Below are positions 36,701 through 45,923 of a stretch of DNA of 45,923 nt, in pieces. Under the pieces are notes generated by a model that worked only from the letters and a program-made list of their open reading frames with translations, ran no database searches and was not told where the DNA came from. Every line of letters begins with the position of its first letter. Position 1 is the stretch's first letter. Where the stretch lies: NCBI GenBank assembly GCA_900617105.1, contig UYFQ01000297.1, positions 1-45,923 on the forward strand. Direction: 5' to 3'. The position numbers were made by a program, and so were the translations under genes. This stretch comes from Hydrurus foetidus. Lineage: Eukaryota.

Positions 36701-39700
36701 GCACTACCAGCGGGAAAAGAAAAAGAGGCAGAACTGACAGCCGAAGACACAACAAATCAAAGTTCAAGTAGTTCGAAAAATGTCGTTGTTAATGACACTT
36801 TTACTGGTTGCAACAATATCACTTACACGAATGCTAACTAATTTTAATGATATGAAAATAACCAAATCCACCTCAAAAGACCCAAATTTCTTTGAAAATC
36901 TTTCAAAAACGATTAAGCAAATCGGAGCTAAGCAAGAAATACAACAGCAGAAGATGACCGTAACGAGACTTTAAGGATCTCTCGGAACAAATAGTAATAT
37001 TCGACCCTCAACACCGTAAAATCGGCTACATTCTTTCATCCCGAGGGGCGGACAATTTCTTGGAGATAGGCCAAAATAGCGAAGATTGGAAAGAAGCCAT
37101 GGACAAATTTGTCTCGGCGAAGATGCATAACGAAAGGTTGCTGGATTTCGTGGCGTACACCTCGACAGCTCCCGTAACATTTACACTTGAAAATAGCCTG
37201 TGCGCCTATTTCAAGAGTAAAAGTCTCCAGAGGAACGAGTACTATCAGTTGGGGGAGGCCAAATCAACGAAGAAGGGGTCGACATCAGAAAGAGAGTTGC
37301 ACTACCAGCGGGAAAAGAAAAAGAGGCAGAACTGACAGCCGAAGACACAACAAATCAAAGTTCAAGTAGTTCGAAAAATGTCGTTGTTAATGACACTTTT
37401 ACTGGTTGCAACAATATCACTTACACGAATGCTAACTAATTTTAATGATATGAAAATAACCAAATCCACCTCAAAAAGACCCAAATTTCTTTGAAAATCT
37501 TTCAAAAACGATTAAGCAAATCGGAGCTAAGCAAGAAATACAACAGCAGAAGATGACCGTAACGAGACTTTAAGGATCTCTCGGAACAAATAGTAATATT
37601 CGACCCTCAACACCGTAAAATCGGCTACATTCTTTCATCCCGAGGGGCGGACAATTTCTTGGAGATAGGCCAAAATAGCGAAGATTGGAAAGAAGCCATG
37701 GACAAATTTGTCTCGGCGAAGATGCATAACGAAAGGTTGCTGGATTTCGTGGCGTACACCTCGACAGCTCCCGTAACATTTACACTTGAAAATAGCCTGT
37801 GCGCCTATTTCAAGAGTAAAAGTCTCCAGAGGAACGAGTACTATCAGTTGGGGGAGGCCAAATCAACGAAGAAGGGGTCGACATCAGAAAGAGAGTTGCA
37901 CTACCAGCGGGAAAAGAAAAAGAGGCAGAACTGACAGCCGAAGACACAACAAATCAAAGTTCAAGTAGTTCGAAAAATGTCGTTGTTAATGACACTTTTA
38001 CTGGTTGCAACAATATCACTTACACGAATGCTAACTAATTTTAATGATATGAAAATAACCAAATCCACCTCAAAAAGACCCAAATTTCTTTGAAAATCTT
38101 TCAAAAACGATTAAGCAAATCGGAGCTAAGCAAGAAATACAACAGCAGAAGATGACCGTAACGAGACTTTAAGGATCTCTCGGAACAAATAGTAATATTC
38201 GACCCTCAACACCGTAAAATCGGCTACATTCTTTCATCCCGAGGGGCGGACAATTTCTTGGAGATAGGCCAAAATAGCGAAGATTGGAAAGAAGCCATGG
38301 ACAAATTTGTCTCGGCGAAGATGCATAACGAAAGGTTGCTGGATTTCGTGGCGTACACCTCGACAGCTCCCGTAACATTTACACTTGAAAATAGCCTGTG
38401 CGCCTATTTCAAGAGTAAAAGTCTCCAGAGGAACGAGTACTATCAGTTGGGGAGGCCAAATCAACGAAGAAGGGGTCGACATCAGAAAGAGAGTTGCACT
38501 ACCAGCGGGAAAAGAAAAAGAGGCAGAACTGACAGCCGAAGACACAACAAATCAAAGTTCAAGTAGTTCGAAAAATGTCGTTGTTAATGACACTTTTACT
38601 GGTTGCAACAATATCACTTACACGAATGCTAACTAATTTTAATGATATGAAAATAACCAAATCCACCTCAAAAGACCCAAATTTCTTTGAAAATCTTTCA
38701 AAAACGATTAAGCAAATCGGAGCTAAGCAAGAAATACAACAGCAGAAGATGACCGTAACGAGACTTTAAGGATCTCTCGGAACAAATAGTAATATTCGAC
38801 CCTCAACACCGTAAAATCGGCTACATTCTTTCATCCCGAGGGGCGGACAATTTCTTGGAGATAGGCCAAAATAGCGAAGATTGGAAAGAAGCCATGGACA
38901 AATTTGTCTCGGCGAAGATGCATAACGAAAGGTTGCTGGATTTCGTGGCGTACACCTCGACAGCTCCCGTAACATTTACACTTGAAAATAGCCTGTGCGC
39001 CTATTTCAAGAGTAAAAGTCTCCAGAGGAACGAGTACTATCAGTTGGGGGAGGCCAAATCAACGAAGAAGGGGTCGACATCAGAAAGAGAGTTGCACTAC
39101 CAGCGGGAAAAGAAAAAGAGGCAGAACTGACAGCCGAAGACACAACAAATCAAAGTTCAAGTAGTTCGAAAAATGTCGTTGTTAATGACACTTTTACTGG
39201 TTGCAACAATATCACTTACACGAATGCTAACTAATTTTAATGATATGAAAATAACCAAATCCACCTCAAAAAGACCCAAATTTCTTTGAAAATCTTTCAA
39301 AAACGATTAAGCAAATCGGAGCTAAGCAAGAAATACAACAGCAGAAGATGACCGTAACGAGACTTTAAGGATCTCTCGGAACAAATAGTAATATTCGACC
39401 CTCAACACCGTAAAATCGGCTACATTCTTTCATCCCGAGGGGCGGACAATTTCTTGGAGATAGGCCAAAATAGCGAAGATTGGAAAGAAGCCATGGACAA
39501 ATTTGTCTCGGCGAAGATGCATAACGAAAGGTTGCTGGATTTCGTGGCGTACACCTCGACAGCTCCCGTAACATTTACACTTGAAAATAGCCTGTGCGCC
39601 TATTTCAAGAGTAAAAGTCTCCAGAGGAACGAGTACTATCAGTTGGGGGAGGCCAAATCAACGAAGAAGGGGTCGACATCAGAAAGAGAGTTGCACTACC

Positions 39701-42700
39701 AGCGGGAAAAGAAAAAGAGGCAGAACTGACAGCCGAAGACACAACAAATCAAAGTTCAAGTAGTTCGAAAAATGTCGTTGTTAATGACACTTTTACTGGT
39801 TGCAACAATATCACTTACACGAATGCTAACTAATTTTAATGATATGAAAATAACCAAATCCACCTCAAAAAGACCCAAATTTCTTTGAAAATCTTTCAAA
39901 AACGATTAAGCAAATCGGAGCTAAGCAAGAAATACAACAGCAGAAGATGACCGTAACGAGACTTTAAGGATCTCTCGGAACAAATAGTAATATTCGACCC
40001 TCAACACCGTAAAATCGGCTACATTCTTTCATCCCGAGGGGCGGACAATTTCTTGGAGATAGGCCAAAATAGCGAAGATTGGAAAGAAGCCATGGACAAA
40101 TTTGTCTCGGCGAAGATGCATAACGAAAGGTTGCTGGATTTCGTGGCGTACACCTCGACAGCTCCCGTAACATTTACACTTGAAAATAGCCTGTGCGCCT
40201 ATTTCAAGAGTAAAAGTCTCCAGAGGAACGAGTACTATCAGTTGGGGAGGCCAAATCAACGAAGAAGGGGTCGACATCAGAAAGAGAGTTGCACTACCAG
40301 CGGGAAAAGAAAAAGAGGCAGAACTGACAGCCGAAGACACAACAAATCAAAGTTCAAGTAGTTCGAAAAATGTCGTTGTTAATGACACTTTTACTGGTTG
40401 CAACAATATCACTTACACGAATGCTAACTAATTTTAATGATATGAAAATAACCAAATCCACCTCAAAAGACCCAAATTTCTTTGAAAATCTTTCAAAAAC
40501 GATTAAGCAAATCGGAGCTAAGCAAGAAATACAACAGCAGAAGATGACCGTAACGAGACTTTAAGGATCTCTCGGAACAAATAGTAATATTCGACCCTCA
40601 ACACCGTAAAATCGGCTACATTCTTTCATCCCGAGGGGCGGACAATTTCTTGGAGATAGGCCAAAATAGCGAAGATTGGAAAGAAGCCATGGACAAATTT
40701 GTCTCGGCGAAGATGCATAACGAAAGGTTGCTGGATTTCGTGGCGTACACCTCGACAGCTCCCGTAACATTTACACTTGAAAATAGCCTGTGCGCCTATT
40801 TCAAGAGTAAAAGTCTCCAGAGGAACGAGTACTATCAGTTGGGGGAGGCCAAATCAACGAAGAAGGGGTCGACATCAGAAAGAGAGTTGCACTACCAGCG
40901 GGAAAAGAAAAAGAGGCAGAACTGACAGCCGAAGACACAACAAATCAAAGTTCAAGTAGTTCGAAAAATGTCGTTGTTAATGACACTTTTACTGGTTGCA
41001 ACAATATCACTTACACGAATGCTAACTAATTTTAATGATATGAAAATAACCAAATCCACCTCAAAAAGACCCAAATTTCTTTGAAAATCTTTCAAAAACG
41101 ATTAAGCAAATCGGAGCTAAGCAAGAAATACAACAGCAGAAGATGACCGTAACGAGACTTTAAGGATCTCTCGGAACAAATAGTAATATTCGACCCTCAA
41201 CACCGTAAAATCGGCTACATTCTTTCATCCCGAGGGGCGGACAATTTCTTGGAGATAGGCCAAAATAGCGAAGATTGGAAAGAAGCCATGGACAAATTTG
41301 TCTCGGCGAAGATGCATAACGAAAGGTTGCTGGATTTCGTGGCGTACACCTCGACAGCTCCCGTAACATTTACACTTGAAAATAGCCTGTGCGCCTATTT
41401 CAAGAGTAAAAGTCTCCAGAGGAACGAGTACTATCAGTTGGGGAGGCCAAATCAACGAAGAAGGGGTCGACATCAGAAAGAGAGTTGCACTACCAGCGGG
41501 AAAAGAAAAAGAGGCAGAACTGACAGCCGAAGACACAACAAATCAAAGTTCAAGTAGTTCGAAAAATGTCGTTGTTAATGACACTTTTACTGGTTGCAAC
41601 AATATCACTTACACGAATGCTAACTAATTTTAATGATATGAAAATAACCAAATCCACCTCAAAAGACCCAAATTTCTTTGAAAATCTTTCAAAAACGATT
41701 AAGCAAATCGGAGCTAAGCAAGAAATACAACAGCAGAAGATGACCGTAACGAGACTTTAAGGATCTCTCGGAACAAATAGTAATATTCGACCCTCAACAC
41801 CGTAAAATCGGCTACATTCTTTCATCCCGAGGGGCGGACAATTTCTTGGAGATAGGCCAAAATAGCGAAGATTGGAAAGAAGCCATGGACAAATTTGTCT
41901 CGGCGAAGATGCATAACGAAAGGTTGCTGGATTTCGTGGCGTACACCTCGACAGCTCCCGTAACATTTACACTTGAAAATAGCCTGTGCGCCTATTTCAA
42001 GAGTAAAAGTCTCCAGAGGAACGAGTACTATCAGTTGGGGAGGCCAAATCAACGAAGAAGGGGTCGACATCAGAAAGAGAGTTGCACTACCAGCGGGAAA
42101 AGAAAAAGAGGCAGAACTGACAGCCGAAGACACAACAAATCAAAGTTCAAGTAGTTCGAAAAATGTCGTTGTTAATGACACTTTTACTGGTTGCAACAAT
42201 ATCACTTACACGAATGCTAACTAATTTTAATGATATGAAAATAACCAAATCCACCTCAAAAGACCCAAATTTCTTTGAAAATCTTTCAAAAACGATTAAG
42301 CAAATCGGAGCTAAGCAAGAAATACAACAGCAGAAGATGACCGTAACGAGACTTTAAGGATCTCTCGGAACAAATAGTAATATTCGACCCTCAACACCGT
42401 AAAATCGGCTACATTCTTTCATCCCGAGGGGCGGACAATTTCTTGGAGATAGGCCAAAATAGCGAAGATTGGAAAGAAGCCATGGACAAATTTGTCTCGG
42501 CGAAGATGCATAACGAAAGGTTGCTGGATTTCGTGGCGTACACCTCGACAGCTCCCGTAACATTTACACTTGAAAATAGCCTGTGCGCCTATTTCAAGAG
42601 TAAAAGTCTCCAGAGGAACGAGTACTATCAGTTGGGGGAGGCCAAATCAACGAAGAAGGGGTCGACATCAGAAAGAGAGTTGCACTACCAGCGGGAAAAG

Positions 42701-45700
42701 AAAAAGAGGCAGAACTGACAGCCGAAGACACAACAAATCAAAGTTCAAGTAGTTCGAAAAATGTCGTTGTTAATGACACTTTTACTGGTTGCAACAATAT
42801 CACTTACACGAATGCTAACTAATTTTAATGATATGAAAATAACCAAATCCACCTCAAAAAGACCCAAATTTCTTTGAAAATCTTTCAAAAACGATTAAGC
42901 AAATCGGAGCTAAGCAAGAAATACAACAGCAGAAGATGACCGTAACGAGACTTTAAGGATCTCTCGGAACAAATAGTAATATTCGACCCTCAACACCGTA
43001 AAATCGGCTACATTCTTTCATCCCGAGGGGCGGACAATTTCTTGGAGATAGGCCAAAATAGCGAAGATTGGAAAGAAGCCATGGACAAATTTGTCTCGGC
43101 GAAGATGCATAACGAAAGGTTGCTGGATTTCGTGGCGTACACCTCGACAGCTCCCGTAACATTTACACTTGAAAATAGCCTGTGCGCCTATTTCAAGAGT
43201 AAAAGTCTCCAGAGGAACGAGTACTATCAGTTGGGGGAGGCCAAATCAACGAAGAAGGGGTCGACATCAGAAAGAGAGTTGCACTACCAGCGGGAAAAGA
43301 AAAAGAGGCAGAACTGACAGCCGAAGACACAACAAATCAAAGTTCAAGTAGTTCGAAAAATGTCGTTGTTAATGACACTTTTACTGGTTGCAACAATATC
43401 ACTTACACGAATGCTAACTAATTTTAATGATATGAAAATAACCAAATCCACCTCAAAAAGACCCAAATTTCTTTGAAAATCTTTCAAAAACGATTAAGCA
43501 AATCGGAGCTAAGCAAGAAATACAACAGCAGAAGATGACCGTAACGAGACTTTAAGGATCTCTCGGAACAAATAGTAATATTCGACCCTCAACACCGTAA
43601 AATCGGCTACATTCTTTCATCCCGAGGGGCGGACAATTTCTTGGAGATAGGCCAAAATAGCGAAGATTGGAAAGAAGCCATGGACAAATTTGTCTCGGCG
43701 AAGATGCATAACGAAAGGTTGCTGGATTTCGTGGCGTACACCTCGACAGCTCCCGTAACATTTACACTTGAAAATAGCCTGTGCGCCTATTTCAAGAGTA
43801 AAAGTCTCCAGAGGAACGAGTACTATCAGTTGGGGGAGGCCAAATCAACGAAGAAGGGGTCGACATCAGAAAGAGAGTTGCACTACCAGCGGGAAAAGAA
43901 AAAGAGGCAGAACTGACAGCCGAAGACACAACAAATCAAAGTTCAAGTAGTTCGAAAAATGTCGTTGTTAATGACACTTTTACTGGTTGCAACAATATCA
44001 CTTACACGAATGCTAACTAATTTTAATGATATGAAAATAACCAAATCCACCTCAAAAAGACCCAAATTTCTTTGAAAATCTTTCAAAAACGATTAAGCAA
44101 ATCGGAGCTAAGCAAGAAATACAACAGCAGAAGATGACCGTAACGAGACTTTAAGGATCTCTCGGAACAAATAGTAATATTCGACCCTCAACACCGTAAA
44201 ATCGGCTACATTCTTTCATCCCGAGGGGCGGACAATTTCTTGGAGATAGGCCAAAATAGCGAAGATTGGAAAGAAGCCATGGACAAATTTGTCTCGGCGA
44301 AGATGCATAACGAAAGGTTGCTGGATTTCGTGGCGTACACCTCGACAGCTCCCGTAACATTTACACTTGAAAATAGCCTGTGCGCCTATTTCAAGAGTAA
44401 AAGTCTCCAGAGGAACGAGTACTATCAGTTGGGGAGGCCAAATCAACGAAGAAGGGGTCGACATCAGAAAGAGAGTTGCACTACCAGCGGGAAAAGAAAA
44501 AGAGGCAGAACTGACAGCCGAAGACACAACAAATCAAAGTTCAAGTAGTTCGAAAAATGTCGTTGTTAATGACACTTTTACTGGTTGCAACAATATCACT
44601 TACACGAATGCTAACTAATTTTAATGATATGAAAATAACCAAATCCACCTCAAAAGACCCAAATTTCTTTGAAAATCTTTCAAAAACGATTAAGCAAATC
44701 GGAGCTAAGCAAGAAATACAACAGCAGAAGATGAACGTAACGAGACTTTAAGGATCTCTCGGAACAAATAGTAATATTCGACCCTCAACACCGTAAAATC
44801 GGCTACATTCTTTCATCCCGAGGGGCGGACAATTTCTTGGAGATAGGTCAAAATAGCGAAGATTGGAAAGAAGCCATGGACAAATTTGTCTCGGCGAAGA
44901 TGCATAACGAAAGGTTGCTGGATTTCATGGCGTACACCTCGACAGCTCCGTAACATTTACACTTGAAAATAGCCTGTGCGCCTATTTCAAGAGTAAATGT
45001 CCCATTGTACGAGTCATCAGTCAAAACCCAAATCCATTTACGGCCCATCAATCTGTTTATTTTTGCAAAACCACCGAAAAGCCGTTAGGCAGAACTGACA
45101 GCCGAAGACACAAAAAATCAAAGTTCAAGTAGTTCGAAAAATGTCGTTGTTAATGACACTTTTACTGGTTGCAACAATATCACTTACACGAATGCTAACT
45201 AACTTTAATGATATGAAAATAACCAAATCCACCTCAAAAAGACCAAATTTCTTTGAAAATCTTTCAAAAACGATTAAGCAAATCTGAGCTAAGCAAGAAA
45301 TACAACAGCAGAAGATGACCGTAACGAGACTTTAAGGATCTCTCGGAACAAATAGTAATATTCGACCCTCAACACCGTAAAATCGGCTACATTCTTTCAT
45401 CCCGAGAGACGGACAATTTCTTGGAGATAGGCCAAAATAGCGAAGATTGGAATGAAGCAATGGACAAATTTGTCTCGGCGAAGATGCATAACGAAAGGTT
45501 GCTGGATTTCGTGGCGTACACCTCGACAGCTCTACGTAACATTTACACTTGAAAACAGCCTGTGCGCCTATTTCAAGAGTAAAAGTATCCAGAGGAACGA
45601 GTACTATCAGTTGGGGAGGCCAAATCAACGAAGAATGGGTCGACATCAGAAAGAGAGTTGCACTACCAGCGGTAAAAGAAAAAGAGGCAGAACTGACAGC

Positions 45701-45923
45701 CGAAGACACAACAAAACAGAGTTCAAATGTCGTTGTTAATGTGTCTTTTACTGGTTGCAACAATATCACTTACACGAATGCCAACTAATTTTAATGATAT
45801 GAAAATAACTGAAATCCACCTCAAAAGACCCAAATTTCTTTGAAAATCTTTCAAAAACGATTAAGCAAAACGGAGCTAAGCAAGAAATACAACAGCAGAA
45901 GATGACCGTAACGAGACTTTAAG
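30466..45923. repeat. Tandem array (satellite) of 599/597-bp units, at least 26 copies, running off the window end
   Basis: The unit starts at cggacaatttc (30466, 31065, ...). There are 16 A units (599 bp), 8 B units (597 bp) and 2 diverged terminal units, the last one partial. Confidence 0.98.

Noticed and set aside
30466..45923. CRISPR array, DGR TR/VR pair, or tandem multigene family
   Set aside because: There are no unique spacers, the variants are not adenine-specific, and there is no DGR-type RT. The repeated 60-103 aa ORFs start at TTG or internal codons and lack exon 1.

Overview
This is eukaryotic genomic DNA with spliceosomal GT-AG introns. It is probably from a stramenopile or ochrophyte, which I infer only from the diatom-CoDi-like Copia and the gene style. 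The window has four zones. (1) 1-10.6 kb is a densely nested transposon field: a pogo/DDE_1 transposase relic, a truncated CoDi-like Copia, two sister TA-targeting foldback elements, a CCCT-ended element containing a P-like element, and a Harbinger-like element that itself carries two MITEs. Most boundaries are resolved by TIRs and TSDs. (2) 10.7-23.7 kb holds five intron-containing host genes: ACR3, a bacterial-type UPRT, BRE1, UBA3 and ATG13. (3) 24.1-29.8 kb is a full-length but frameshifted Copia LTR retrotransposon with a CTGGC TSD. (4) From 29.8 kb to the end there is a GC hairpin, (GCCAGAA)15, the spliced 5' part of an unknown gene, and then at least 26 near-identical 599/597-bp tandem units. 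Each unit is made of exon 2 and the 3' flank of that gene. The units come in two linked variants with a 9-unit higher-order period. I infer that the source is an internally deleted tyrosine-recombinase (Crypton-like) element. All family assignments come from motif recognition only; no database searches were run.
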